NCBI RefSeq assembly: GCF_018977255.1
Contig: NW_024704742.1
Span: 74,712,001-74,776,000 of the forward strand
DNA: 64,000 nucleotides
Source of the DNA: Callorhinchus milii
Lineage: Eukaryota
Reading direction: 5' to 3'
Of the stretch, positions 13,741 through 26,396 are shown piece after piece. The notes under the pieces were generated by a model. The model did no database searches. It was not told where the DNA came from and was given only the letters and a program-made list of their open reading frames with translations. A program made the position numbers and the translations under genes. Within the stretch, counting starts at the first letter, position 1. Every line of letters begins with the position of its first letter.

Positions 13741-14180
13741 CATCATAGAGTCATAGAATTATACAGCACTGAAGGAGGCCATTCAGCCCATCGTGTCTGT
13801 GCCAGCTCTTTGAAAAGAGCTATCCAAATCAATCTCATTCCCAGCTTTCTCCCCATAGCCCTGCAAACCCAAATAATTATCAACTCTCTTAAAAGTTGTT
13901 ATCGAATCGGTTTCCACCACCCTTTCAGGCAATGCATTCCAGATCCGAACAACTCGCTGTGTGAAACAATTTCTCCTCACTGTTTCTTTTAACAACTATT
14001 TTAAATCGGTGTCCTCGGGTTACCGACCCACCCACCAGAGGAAATAGTTTCTCCTTGTTCACCCTATTGAATCCCCTCATAATTTTAAAAAGTTCTATTA
14101 AGTCTCCTCTTAACCTTCTCTACTCCAAGGAGAATAATCCCACCTTCTGTAGCCTCTCCTGATAACTGAAGTCCTTCCCC
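13741..14180 (-). mobile_element. CR1 LINE 3' fragment
   Basis: Minus-strand RRNCFTQRVVRIWNALPERVVETDSITTFKR is the CR1 ORF2 C-terminus; tctatga-type tail. Confidence 0.9.
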
Positions 14181-14920
14181 ATCACATCATTAAACCACCT
14201 AAAGCTGTTGTGCAACATTACCTCAGGGTTATGGAATCTGTTTTAGTTTATGTTGCAGAGAACATTCATTGGTAAACAGTAATGAAGGAAGTATGATTAT
14301 GCAGGTTTTTATAAGTGCATGCTTGAAATTGCCATTTGTGTCTTTTTTGCTTGTGGATACCATATGTTTCCCACTAGCCGGATAAGATAAGATTTTGACC
14401 TTTACAAGTGTGCTGTCTGCTTGCTTAACATACTGGTGGCCAAAAGTGTTTGATGCTGAAACTCAATGTTACTTTTTAGCTCTTAGACATCCAAGCATCT
14501 CCTCTGAGCCAAATGATCACACTTAGATTGGACTGTTACATTAAAATTTAGGCACATGGGAATGTGTAAGTCCAGAAACAATAATTGTGGTCCTGTCCTA
14601 AAATGTGAAATATACAGTATGATAGTCTTACTATTCCCCATCTTTATTAACTCATCTGTTATGTATTAAATCCAAACTGTCTGGTTTGGGTAGATAAATT
14701 GTTTGAGATACTTGATATGTATACCTTTTCTACATTCTATTTTTATGAACAGAGCAAAGAATAGACGAGACATTCATATAAAATACAGCTCTCCTTAAAT
14801 CTAGCTTGAAGAACTGATTTTCCTCTACTATTGGTCAAACATTTGGGCAAATGAATAGTGAGAATATCAGTTTGCTGATTTAAGTGGCTCTGGCAAAAAA
14901 ATAGTAGTAGTACTTTGAGT

Positions 14921-15207
14921 TAATACAATAATAATCCTTGTATTTGATATAGCGCCTTATCATGTCTTCTAGATGTCTCAATGCGCTTCACAGAATATAC
15001 TGTGAAGTGAATTGACTGCATATGTTGTGGGTGAAACATGGCAGTCAATTGCACACAGCAGAGTCCCCCAAACAGTCGTGGAATGAGTGACCAAATTATT
15101 ATTTTTTTTGAAGGGATTATTATCCCCGGAAAAGCGATCCGCCAATTGACTAACAACTGGGCTCCTACTTACTGCTGGGTAAACAGGCGTGTGGAGTAAG
15201 GAAACTT
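14921..15207 (-). mobile_element. tRNA-Ala SINE (long form, head missing)
   Basis: Matches the 50042-50368 / 55803-56176 body including the internal segment. Confidence 0.85.
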
Positions 15208-15439
15208 ACAAAGAGACAAAGGAAGGAGCGTCAGTCTGCTGCGACTGCATCACAAACTGGGTCATCTTCATCTGTCCCACTTGTAGTAAAACTTGTCTCT
15301 TTAGGATTGGTCTGCAAAGCCACCTAATTGCCCACCAAAGACTATGCCAATCATAAAACTCAAATTCCCTTTTTTAAAAAGCGGAGGAACAATCTTATTA
15401 GATTTTCGAGGGATTGCCTATTATTGCTCCAAAGTAAAG

Positions 15440-15975
15440 AGTTACTTTTCTCTTTCTCCGTTTTTTCTCGGAATGTCAGAATTGAGCCAACCCTCTGTGG
15501 CGGTCTCAGTAATCCGGTTCCTGAGCCAACCGGATCGGCAGTACTTCATGGCACTGCTGATAACAGCGCAGCCAGCCTGGCTCATCAGCAGGACTTGGAA
15601 GGGCAGACCAGTCACTGGGAGCAGGGAGTCCTTTTAACTCTGCAAGCCAAAGCCCTAATGGTTTGGGTGGTCCTAGCTGGACAAGCAATGGAAAAGCTTG
15701 CCAGACAGCAAGATCAGCAGCAAGTTATATTGGTTTAGCTGCTTAGACTCCCAACAGCACCTCAACGCACACTCTGGAGACCCCAAGCCTTGGCTCTTGC
15801 CAGCTTGTGCCTAATACTTTGCAGAATTATGTAAGCAGGATGCGTCCCTCCAAGGAGAGAGTGCACATTCCATTCCAACAATCTTATCTCTGGGATTTCC
15901 AGGCATAGGTGGAATGCATGGAAATCTCAGGCTTGGTTTGACCCGGCTGACCAAAATAAATAAAATAAATTAAAG
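15440..15975 (+). mobile_element. Decayed poly(A)-tailed non-LTR retrotransposon 3' part (RTE/RTEX-like)
   Basis: Homologous to the minus-strand copy at 17900-18125; ends ..ggctgacc + A-rich tail; 5' boundary uncertain. Confidence 0.55.
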
Positions 15976-16172
15976 AAAATATATATATAAAACCTGTTAT
16001 CTTCATTAATTGAGGCCATTGTGCATATAAAGTCATCAAGTAATATTCACTAACCAAAATTTTCATTAGGAATTATTGTTACGATAGTACCTCTCTCTCT
16101 CCCAAAACAAAAAACAATAATAAATTGGTCATTATTATATTATATATCACTCCCTCTCTGCACCTCTGACTA

Positions 16173-16174
<2 letters not shown>

Positions 16175-16222
<48 letters not shown>
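16175..16222. repeat. (CT)n(CA)n microsatellite
   Basis: Direct reading. Confidence 0.9.
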
Positions 16223-17227
16223 TTGCTGACCCCTCTTGCTGACTTTCTAACTCGCTACCCCTAGATTCACTGACTCACTCCTTGATGAATATCTTTGACT
16301 CTCTCCCTTCCCATATTTATAACCCTATCAATGTACTTGTAAAAAATTGCTCAGTGAACACTTACTTCACATTGCTTGCTAACAGTTCTACTGGTCTGCT
16401 TAAGTCATGTGCCTGTTAATCATGGAACGGTTTTGCTGCCATTGCACTTTGAATCAGAGCTGAATTTGATTAAATTAACACACAGATGCATGATGTTTTA
16501 CTTTTTTCATTTGAGGAAAAGTTTGTAAGATTAGAAAACCTACACATCAGTTATTGATGCCATCAACATTCAATATAATGTTTGAGATCCTATAGGGTTT
16601 GATTTGCTGAACTGTTAATTCAATTTTCATACAAAACCTTGCTTCCAAAACAGTATTTCTCTCTGTGTTTCTCTCACTCGCCCTGAATACCTCTTTTTTC
16701 TCATTTGGACTAGTCCTGACTTTCTTTCTCACTCACCCCCTGATTCACTTGATTGAGTGCTTACTCTTCTTTTTCATTTGCACTTATTCATTCTCAATCA
16801 ATTATCAACATGTATATCAATTATACAAATAATGCGATACAGCCAATGTGCTTGGATGTTTGTTTAAATGTATAAATATGTTGAATGAAATGGAAGATTT
16901 GAGCCTTTTGGAATGTTGTTGTGAAGATGGAACATTTTTTCAGTACAAGGTAGCATAACGAAGGTATAATGAACATAGCAAAAATGAGGCCGTTTCACAT
17001 GACTGTCTCTTGGTGGTTCTGGTATTGCTACCTCTCAATATCACAGTGTGTCCATGGATTTTTTTTTATTTCATCAAGGTCATATCCTGTATGATTGTTG
17101 CTTGATTCAGCTTCATAGGCTCTTGCTGTGATGTATTATTATTCATTCACAATACCTAGAAGATTCTCACCATTTAACAGCGTTTGCGACCCTGAAATGA
17201 TGCACTGCTTCTGTTTTCCATGCACAG

Positions 17228-17323
17228 TTCTTCTGCAGCATGGAGCTGATCCCAACATTCGGAATACAGATGGGAAGACTGCTCAAGACTTAGCTGATCC
17301 TTCTGCAAAAGCTGTGCTTACAG
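17228..17323 (+). CDS. TNKS: TNKS exon 3 (96 nt): [32 protein letters not shown]
   Basis: cacag| acceptor, |gtaaaa donor, phase 1-1. Confidence 0.96.
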
Positions 17324-17899
17324 GTAAAACTGGTTTGATGTTAACTATCTTTTTTGCTGAATTATTTATTCTTCTGTCTTTCTCCCTCACAGAAACAACA
17401 ATTATACTGCTTGATTATATTACTGAATGAAATGTGCAACTATATATCCAATTGGTTATTAATTGCTATGCTGCATTTACATTTCCTTTCCAATTACTAG
17501 AGGTAGGCCAGCTTTTCCCACTAGCTGATGACTTGGTAAATTCTAAAGCATTTGTGGTGATGGTTTTAGCAATTGCTGTGACAGGAATCTGCTGCTACTG
17601 GATGCAAAATAACTTGCTTTGAGCACTCAGTACCACCTGCTTCCCTGTGCTTTGGAATAAACTGTGAAATGTCATTATAGTTGTTTCAAAAATGGATTAT
17701 GGATTAGTGATCTCATCAATCATAGAACTGTTGTTAAGGTTGGTTCAATTGACCATGTCAAACAGTACTTTTGAAAACTTTTTGTTATTGTGTTAAACAT
17801 TGACCTCTGTATAATGTAATTTTCAATGTACAAGCAATTAATGATCTTTGATGGTTTGTAGTGTACAGATTACTAGACATTTACAGCACAGAAGGAGAC

Positions 17900-18712
17900 T
17901 TTTTTTTTTGGTCAGCTGGGTGTCCATCACCATGCTTAAGAGTATCCAGACAAACAGAGTTCCATGCATCCCGCCTGTGCATAGAAATTTCAGAGTTTTT
18001 TTGGAATGGAATGCACACTCTTTTGTTGGAGGGACGCATCCTGCTTACCTAAATGCAGAAAGTATTAGCTACAGGTTGGCAAGAGCCAAGGCTTGGGAAC
18101 CCCAGGGTGGACGTTGGGTACTGGATGTACGAAGGTTTGTTCATTAACTTGGTCTCCAGGTAAAGCCTTCCAGCAGCTGTCGCCTTAAACCCGAATTTCC
18201 TCATCAGCTATCTGGCGGACATCGGCCTTCAGCGTGGTGGGGGGAATGTTTACACTACAGCTTGTGACATGCCAGCCACCTTGATGTTCTCAATGCTACG
18301 TTCTTGGCTTACTCAGCACGAGCTGATTAATCCAGGTCCTCATGTGAGGGGCCTTTGGCGAATAGACGTGTCCACTGTGAAGCTGACTCTGCCTCCAGGA
18401 TGCTTAGTGACAGGTCAGTGTTGGCCGGAGCCCTCCCTCCCTGCAGTTGCTTCCTATGTTTCCTACAAATTCACCTCACTGCTTGATCCTGAACTTTGCA
18501 AATGGACCAGAGGAAACCCCAGGAGCTCAGAACCATAAAGGAGGACTGTTTGCACACTGGTCTTATGTGCCACAAGTATTGAGATCTTGCTGTCCTTGAA
18601 GTGCGATGAGTGCCCCTCCCTTCCACAACTTATCATCGTGGTCCTTCAGAATAGTGACCTGGCAAAGGTTGGTGTCTTCCACAACCTTGAGGTGCCGATA
18701 AGAATCAACAAG
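17900..18712 (-). mobile_element. Decayed poly(A)-tailed non-LTR retrotransposon (RTE/RTEX-like) nested in a CR1 3' end
   Basis: Minus-strand remnants LVDSYRHLKVVEDTNL (cf. V..YKYLGV.LD..L) and HKTSVQTVLLYGSELLG (cf. YK..V...LLYGSE.WG); poly(A) after gctgacc; CR1 tail pieces on both sides (~17874-17899, 18713-18900). Confidence 0.6.
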
Positions 18713-19165
18713 TGGACATTCGACCCATCATTTCTGCAGTTCAAGGTATTAATTCAATCCCACTATCTTAGCCTTATCCCCATACCCCTTCAAGCCTCTA
18801 TCGTTCACATACATAATGTTATACTTTTTCAGCTGCTTAGAACTTCCATGTTAGTGAGTAACAGTTTCAGGGCACTATTTTCCAAAATAAACTGCTGAGG
18901 TTTTGCTCCTCCTGATGGTATCATTGGAGGTCTTGGGACCTGCTGATGTAGGTGGGCATCACAGGCAAGCAGGGCTGGCTCCTTCTGTGGTGAGAATTAT
19001 TTGAATGGAAGCATACGCTGCCAGGTTAGCATTTCCATCTACTTGAATGGGCCTGTGAAATGGCGAAATACCAGTGTTTGTATTTGAGATTGGGCACGTG
19101 CAGGTTTTCTGTTCTAGCTGCTGTGCAATTTACCACATTGTACAAACAGCAATTTCCAGAGCACT

Positions 19166-19230
19166 AACAACAACAACAAGATTCCATTTATTGAGCGCCT
19201 TTCATGTCGGGAGGACGTCCCAAGGCGCTG
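19166..19230 (-). mobile_element. L2 tail-only insertion
   Basis: (CAA)n plus stem-loop ending at aaggcgctg. Confidence 0.8.
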
Positions 19231-19344
19231 TAAGCCTTACTAAGTAAGCCTTGAGCATTTCAATGTAATTCTGAGCCATTACACATTTTTTTTGCTGATC
19301 TACATATACAAATATATACTCAAATTTTTAATGTACAAGCAATT

Positions 19345-20180
19345 ACAGTTGAATGTGAACAAGACAGGCCCTCCTGATTGGCTCGCGCCAGTGCCTCTGC
19401 ACCTCAAGCTCTGGCAGCATCAACCTCCATGGTTACACACTACAACTCACCGCCAGTCAGGAACCCAGGTGTCTTGTTTGACCCTCAACTGTCTTTTCTT
19501 CCCCACATCCAAGCCATGACCCACTCTGCCTTCCCTCACCTCCGTAACATCGACCGACTCCGCCACTACTTCACCCTCAGGACGCTGAAATTCTTGTTCA
19601 TGCCTTCATCACTTCCAGGCTTGACTGCGAACATCCTGCTTGTCGGCCTTCCCAACTCCTCCCTCCACAGGCTGCAGATGATCCAGAACTCTGCAGCCCG
19701 TGTCCTCTCCCGCACCAAACTCCGTGACCCCATTTCCCCCATTCTCGCCCGACTCCATTGGCTCCCTATCCTTCAGAGGATCCAGTTCAAGATCCTGGTC
19801 CTCACCTACAAAGCCCTCCGTGGCCTCTGCGACCTCCTAACCCCCTACCAACCCATCCGTTTCCTCCTTTCAGCCGGCTATGCCTGCTCCACGTCCCCTG
19901 ATTCATCCGCCTCACCATTGGCAGGAGAGCCTTCAGCCACTCTGCCCCCAAACTCTGGAATTCCATCCCCCATTCACTCCGCCTCGCCCCTTCCTTAGCC
20001 TCTTTCAAGTCCCACCTCAAGACCCTCCTCTTCGACCATGCCATCGACCACCCTCCTTCCCTTTCCCTCTCTTCTCCCCCCACCTGACCCCAGCTCGGGT
20101 CTGAAATGAGGCACCCTGTCCAGCACTTTGGAACGTTCTCCCGACGTGAAAGATGCTATGCAAATGTAATCTTGTTGTTG
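19345..20180 (+). mobile_element. 5'-truncated L2 LINE
   Basis: LQMIQNSAARVLSRTKLRDPISPILARLHWLPILQRIQFKIL; intact 3' tail. Confidence 0.92.
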
Positions 20181-22029
20181 TAGGCACGAATATTAATTCA
20201 AGCATAATTCTACATTACATTTTTATTTCTAATTTTATTAGTCTGTGACCATTGTTCATCTGGCAGCTTAGGTAGGAAATGTTGGCTGACCACTTGACTG
20301 TAGAGGGTGTTGCAGCTGAGTCTGACTTCTTCACACAAACACAGACATGCACATGGCGTGGGCGGGCGTGAGCTGGCAGTCGTGGGTGGGCGCATGCTGG
20401 CGGGCATGGGCGGGTGTGCGCTAACACAGACAGACACACACGGAACCAGCTACAGAGCCTCACACCTAGATTAATGCTGCTTTTAACACCTGGCTGGTTT
20501 TCCCATTTCAAACCCAAAGCCAATTTAGCCTCCCCATGCACCTCTGGCTGAACCCTCTGGCTGCCTTCATTTCATTTATAATGTGATGCTTTTTGTCTGG
20601 AATAGCAACTTAATCTAGTAATAAACATCTGTTAAGTAACTAAATTGATGTCAGTTTGGCTCTATTAGTAGCAATTTTCCCTCTGGATCAAAGAAGATTG
20701 ATTTCCAACTTCACCAAGATTATACTACAGCTGTTGCATATTGCTTTGAGGCTAAATTGGCAATTGGATATTGACAATGAGAAGCGAGCAGGAAGCATTG
20801 AAAGGATTGTGGGAAAGTGACTGGGGGACAGAGTGTTGGAGAGAGTGGAAGTGTAAGGATGAAATGAAGTATTGAACCTAAACTGAGTTGTGGATTGATA
20901 AGCTCCACAGGCTTGATATATGGGGCAAAACGTGAAGCGTTGCCTCTGCTGCTTTTCCACAACCTCCAAAATTCTAGAGACACCTTTAAAAAAATATTTT
21001 TGTCTCAATTTTTTTCTTGCATTCTCTGCTGCTCAAATAATGGAGGCCCAGAGATGTGCCTGAAGATCTGGTACTTTTCTTCCTGGTGTTTTTCACACTT
21101 CTCTCATTAGCAGAGGTAACAAAGAATTCCCAAATTGCGAACCCTGCGCAGGTGGTCATCAAGACATCTGCGCATGTGCATGCCAGTCCATCCTGGTAGA
21201 TTTTCACAACTCAGGTTTCCTTTGTGTGGAGACAACAGATGAGCTGGCTCCAAGTCAAGGAAAAGTCTATTTTGGTACTACTAGTTGCTTCCTAAGTCGT
21301 GGGACAAATTCATAATCTTAAATGTGAATGTAAAAAAGATTATGGAGAGTGAAAGAATGAATGAAAAGATAATGATAGGAGACTAAGGGATAGGTGTGTG
21401 TAATTGAATAAGGGGCAAGACCGTGACAAAAATGTGAATGGGTGAGTATGAGAGACAAAACACAAAGTTTGTGAGATTCAATCAGACATACGGAAGTAAA
21501 AGGCAGACAAAGGGAAATTAACTCAGTTCTAGGGAAAGGGGGAAATAAGTGCCATTGAATGTGACCGCGCACTTCCATACTCCCTGCTTAGTGTCCAGCA
21601 CTCTCTTTACAAAACTCTGTGCCACTGTACGTGAAGGGAGTTTCAGAAATTGCAGTTGTTCAGATGGAAAAGACCAAGTAAATATGACAAATCGTGAGGG
21701 AAAACATTCAGAGACTGACAGACAAGAAAGAGGCTGTCAGTTACGCTCACCAAGCCAGTGACAGAACAAACCCACAGGTAGAGTGGATCGGGTTGGAGAG
21801 GAAGTCAGAAATGGGTAATGATGGAGAGTAAACCACAAAGGAAGTTGGTGACGATCGGAGACTCATTCCTGAAGTATACCTATGATTGCAATCAACAGAT
21901 TGTTAATGGATAGGGCCTCCTCCCTACTGTCCATCCTGGGTGGGGCCAATTTACTGTTTAAACAATATTTGTCACGTGACAGCCCAGCTTCTCTCTGGAT
22001 CTCACCCCAAGGCCCCACTGTTGAGATTG

Positions 22030-22320
22030 TTTGTGTGTGTCTCTCCTGTGTGTGTGTGTATATGTGTCTTCTCTGTCTGTGAGTGTGTCGCTGAGTCTGC
22101 GTTTCTCTCTGTCTGAGTGTCTCTGTGCCTGTGAGTATCTCTCGTGTGTCAGTGATTGTGTGTGTCTCTCTCTGTGTCCGTGAGTGTGTCTCTCTGTGAG
22201 TGTGTTTCTCTGTGAATGTGTCTCTCTGTGTCTGAATGTTTGTGTCTCTCTCTGAATCTGAGTATGCCTAGCTTTGTGTGTGTGTGTCAGAGTGTATCTC
22301 TCTCTGTGTCTGTGTGCGAT
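22030..22320. repeat. (TG/TC)-rich low-complexity tract
   Basis: Direct reading. Confidence 0.85.
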
Positions 22321-22424
22321 GGCGGTCCCGAGAGGCAGGAGATGGTGACCTTGGGTGTTTGGCAGATCGCCAGGCTTTCAAATATAGTGCAGAGTGGAAA
22401 CGGACCATTTGGTTCTTTGGGCCT

Positions 22425-22610
22425 GGTCTCTTTTCGAATAGTGCCCTAAGATTTTTAACATTCATCACAACTTGTAGTTCATTTGATTGTCTTATCTGAA
22501 GGATAGCACTTCTGGCAACACAGGACTTTGTCAGGCTACACTGACTATAAACCGAGTCCTGACTTGGGACCTTCTGACTCGGAATTGAGAGCGCTACGAA
22601 CTGAGCCAGG
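22425..22610 (-). mobile_element. Old Deu-domain SINE 5' half
   Basis: ttttcgaatagtgcc..gatttttaacat..ccttctgactc..actgagcca. Confidence 0.6.
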
Positions 22611-22689
22611 TTGAACCATAGGCCCCTTCTTGCACTCCACAGTTTCAATGGTGGTTTGACTGTGTAAATAGAGCACTGCTGCTCCGACT

Positions 22690-23243
22690 GGTTGCCTGTC
22701 CTGGATAAGCTCTAACCTTCTCTGGTTGAATGTCAACAGAAGACTCTTCTCATCTTGGGCAATGACAGCATCAGTCCACATGGATGCACGCCCCACCTCA
22801 CGGAGCGAGTTCGACTCTGGACCGTTATTTAAATCCCACATCCGTGCTCTGACCCACTCAGCTTTTCTGCATCTCCGTAATATTGCCCGCCTTTACCACA
22901 ACGTTTTCTCTCATGCCACTGAGGCCAAAATCCGAGTTTATCGCCTACACATAAAGTCGGTTAATTTCATAGTAAATCCTGTGAAGTGCTTTGAGACCAC
23001 CTTCCGACACGATAAGGCATTATACCAAATACAAGGATGAGGATTATTATTGTTACGTTCAAACATTTCCTCAAATAAAATTGGTCACTCACTTAATGAT
23101 ATTGCCATGTGTAAATTGGCTGCCAGGTTCGTCAACAAAAACACCAAGTTCCTCCACTTTATAGTGTATCTTGTGAAACATTTTGTGAAGTCCTCCAAAT
23201 GGTGAAAGGCGCTATGCCAAATGTAAGGATTATTATTATTATT
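22690..23243 (+). mobile_element. Decayed L2 fragment followed by two SINE 3' fragments
   Basis: HIRALTHSAFLHLRNIARL remnant; two gtgaa..ttt..aggattattatt tails. Confidence 0.65.
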
Positions 23244-23383
23244 GAACCAAAACATTAATGTTACTTCTCTCTTCAGGTGTTAAAATGTTTCATTACCCAA
23301 TAGGGTGTAACTTTTCAGTATTTTTTCTCTTCCTGTTTTTTTTCAATCAACACTAACATGATTTTTTTTTTGCAATCATGCAG

Positions 23384-23420
23384 GTGAATACAAGAAAGAT
23401 GAACTCCTTGAAGCAGCTAG
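23384..23420 (+). CDS. TNKS: TNKS exon 4 (37 nt): GEYKKDELLEAAR
   Basis: T-tract + tgcag| acceptor, |gtatgt donor; not in frame in the ORF track, read manually. Confidence 0.95.
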
Positions 23421-23622
23421 GTATGTGGTACATTTCTGCACAATGTATGATAAAAACTATGGCAGAATTGGATTTTAATGTTTGTGATGCTTGGTTTCAC
23501 TGGTTATATCTGTTTTTTCAGTCCAATAGAAAAATGAACGAAGGCAATAATATGTTCTCTTTTTTCCCCATTTTTTAGTTCTAGCCTGAAAAGTGATGAT
23601 CTGTAAATTACATGTGTGAGTA

Positions 23623-24435
23623 CAGTAGAACCTCACTAATCCGATCACTCAAGGAACTGGGTAAAAGTGACCTTGGTGAGGTGACCTGATTACTGAACAG
23701 GTCGGGTGATTCAGGTCACTGATGTAATGTTAATGGCATTGGTAATGAGAAAAAGGTGATGAACATTCAACAATCATACTTTGCAATCTCATTAAAATAA
23801 AGGCATTGTCGCATTTAAAACAAAAGCTGTCATGTATTCAGTTTACCTTTTGAGAATGCATCCAAATTGTGTTCTGGCAATGCCATAGATCACAGCTAAC
23901 TGTGACTGTTGCGCTTGCTGTTTTTGATTAAGTCCATTCTCTCACACAAGGACAGCTCCTTCCATGGTGGCGTGTCTACAACACTTGTCAACAGTCACTT
24001 AATCAAAACAAACAATGTTCACACAAACCATGTGCTCTGAATACAGCACTTACCAAGAATTGGCCGCAGGAGCTCAGGTTAGGCCGCGGGCGCCGGGTAA
24101 AGTAGATTTTCAGCTCGCGCCGCTTCCGCAATCCCAACACTCCCCGCGCCATGTATCCACGACCAGAGCCCAATCCATCCACAGTACCAGCGTCGAGGAT
24201 ACAGCGTGAGAAGCCCGAGGCCTAACGCACTCTGTACAGATTAGTAGCGGAGGAGGGTGTTTGTACTGTGTTTGAAGCAGAAGAGGGAGCTGTAGTGGCC
24301 ACAATCAATGACCGTTGTCCTGAATAGTGAGATCTCTGGTTTACTGAAGCAGACAGACTATCTTTTAATATTGACAATGAAAGAGACTGAAAATGTGCGC
24401 ACAATTGTGAGGTGGCTGGACTACTGAGGTGACTG
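23623..24435 (-). mobile_element. Internally deleted pogo/Tigger-family DNA transposon with transposase N-terminal (CENP-B/psq HTH) pseudo-ORF
   Basis: TA|CAGTAGAACCTCACTAATCCG left end, degenerate right end ggactactgaggtgactg; minus strand ~23973-23822 reads TPPWKELSLCERMDLIKNS / QLAVIYGIARTQFGCILKR*TEYMTAF (one frameshift, one stop). Confidence 0.75.
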
Positions 24436-25409
24436 CAAACCGGCTGTAGTTATGGTCACATGTTTCAGCTGTATTTGTTTTTCTGTTCATAATGCATTAC
24501 TTTCACATTTCCTGATGTTTAATATACCAGCTGAGCACTAATTAGAACATTTACCATGCGATGCATGATCCTTTGTGAGACGGCTGAAGGGTTTAATGGT
24601 GATTATTTATGTGGGGGGAGAGAGAAGATTTTGAAAAGTTCCAAGACTCAGGTGTATATGGCAGTGCTCAAATTGTGTCCGGTGTTTAGAACTTTAGAAC
24701 TATTGTAAGTGGAGTAGATTTGCCGATAACCCAATTTTTATACTTTATCTTCTTGCTCGCCAAATGCAAATGCAAGGAAGACGGACTGTTTTAGTATAAC
24801 ACAAGACTCCATGTGAAATGTGTGAAATATGAAATGAGAGGAGGTGGAAGAGAGGAGATGTAAAGCTTGGAGTAAATGCTATTTCCCCCTGTCATGCGCT
24901 TTCTGGTTTTTCTCCCCCCCCCCCCACCCTTTTTCTGGTATAAATCTTCCTAGTATTGTTTTTCACTAAGAAAACTGGCTGAAAATCTGCTTGTGGGGGA
25001 AACCACCAGTGCTGTCTGTCTTGTCAGCTTTTCAGATGCATATGGTAATAATCCAGAGGGTTTCCAACAGGGTGTGAAGGGTGCAAAATGCCACTGATGA
25101 CTCGTTCCAGTACTCATATTTCTTACCCGGTGTCTCTCCAAAGTGCTGCAAGATGTTATCCTATGTGAAAGGTGCTATATGAGTGCATGATGTTAATAGT
25201 TAAGATACAAAAGCTAGGAGCTAAGGTCCATCGTACAATTCACCTTCTAGATTGAAACTCAAAATGAGCAAAAGCTAACCATCACTTCCAGAAACAGAAC
25301 TGTTTCCCAAAAGCTGTGGGAAATCTGTGACCTGCTGAGTAACCCCATTGCATTTTTGTGCTTCACTGTGTAATGTGAGCATACATGGGAAAAGGGAAAA
25401 AAGGAGAGA

Positions 25410-25957
25410 AGTTAGTAGCTTAGTGGTTAGCGGGCTTGTCTCGCAACCGAGAGGACCCATGTTCGAATCCTAGATAGGTGAACCTTAGGCAAATTTCCTT
25501 ACTCCACATGCCTCTGGTTAACTAGCAGTAAGTAGGATCCAGATTGTTAATTGATTGGCAGATTGTTTTCCGGTAGCAATAATCCCTCAAAAAATAAGGC
25601 TTAGTGATTAGGGCACCTTGTAAGCGAGAGGACCTGGGTTTGATTCTTGGGCAGGGCAAAACATTGGGCAAATTTTCCTACTCTACACAACTCTGGTTAC
25701 CCACCAGTAATTAGGAGCCCGGTTGTCAGCCGATTGGCGGATCGCTTTTACAGAGGGAATAATCGCTTCAAAAATAAATAAATAATAATTTGGTCATTCA
25801 ATACATGGCTGTTTTGCACAGTTGTTGTGCACAATTGGCTGCTGCTTTTAGCCCACAAATTACAAGGTCAATTTACATTACAATATATTCTGTGAAGTGC
25901 TTTGAGACATCGCAACAAAATAATAAAGTGCTATATCAAATGCATGGATTATTATTA
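25410..25957 (+). mobile_element. Tandem pair of long-form tRNA-Ala SINEs (first truncated at its A-rich linker ~25596, second near full length)
   Basis: Two successive head + CORE-like + internal segments but only one 3' half and tail. Confidence 0.8.
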
Positions 25958-26175
25958 TCATAACAGCAAAAAAAACTACCAAGCCAGAAAATAAGATGCT
26001 ATTTTTCCCTTAGCAGTTGTTGCTACTGTTTTGCTGTGGGTAGTTCTGGTGGAAATATTCCCTGCTAACTATTGCATTTTTCTTTGGGGGTGCAGACATC
26101 TAAATTAAAATGTTACTTTTCACTCAATTGATGTATTTGGCTGCATGTGAAGTTTGTTAACAGGTATAACTAACC

Positions 26176-26295
26176 AAATGGCTGCCGTGGTTTGCCCACA
26201 AAATACAGTCAATCCACTTTACAATATATTCTGTGAAGCGCTTTGAGTTATCTCAATGACGTGATCAGGCGCCACATCAAATGCAACTTATTATT
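26176..26295 (+). mobile_element. SINE 3' fragment
   Basis: tggctgccgtggtttgcccacaaaatacagtcaat..gtgaagcgctttgag. Confidence 0.75.
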
Positions 26296-26334
26296 AATAT
26301 GTTATGATTCTGGAAGGGAAACGCAAAAATGTGG

Positions 26335-26396
26335 CTTATGCAGCCCGCGAACGTTTCTCAAATGGGGCATCCAGCCAAAAGGTTGGACCACCCTGA
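26335..26396 (+). mobile_element. Possible hAT-Charlie-like terminal fragment
   Basis: atgcagcccgcg...aaaaggttggaccaccctg resembles hAT right ends. Confidence 0.35.

Noticed and set aside
15328..15738. 136-aa and 97-aa ORFs as a nested gene
   Set aside because: They overlap a decayed retroelement and show no splice or start context.
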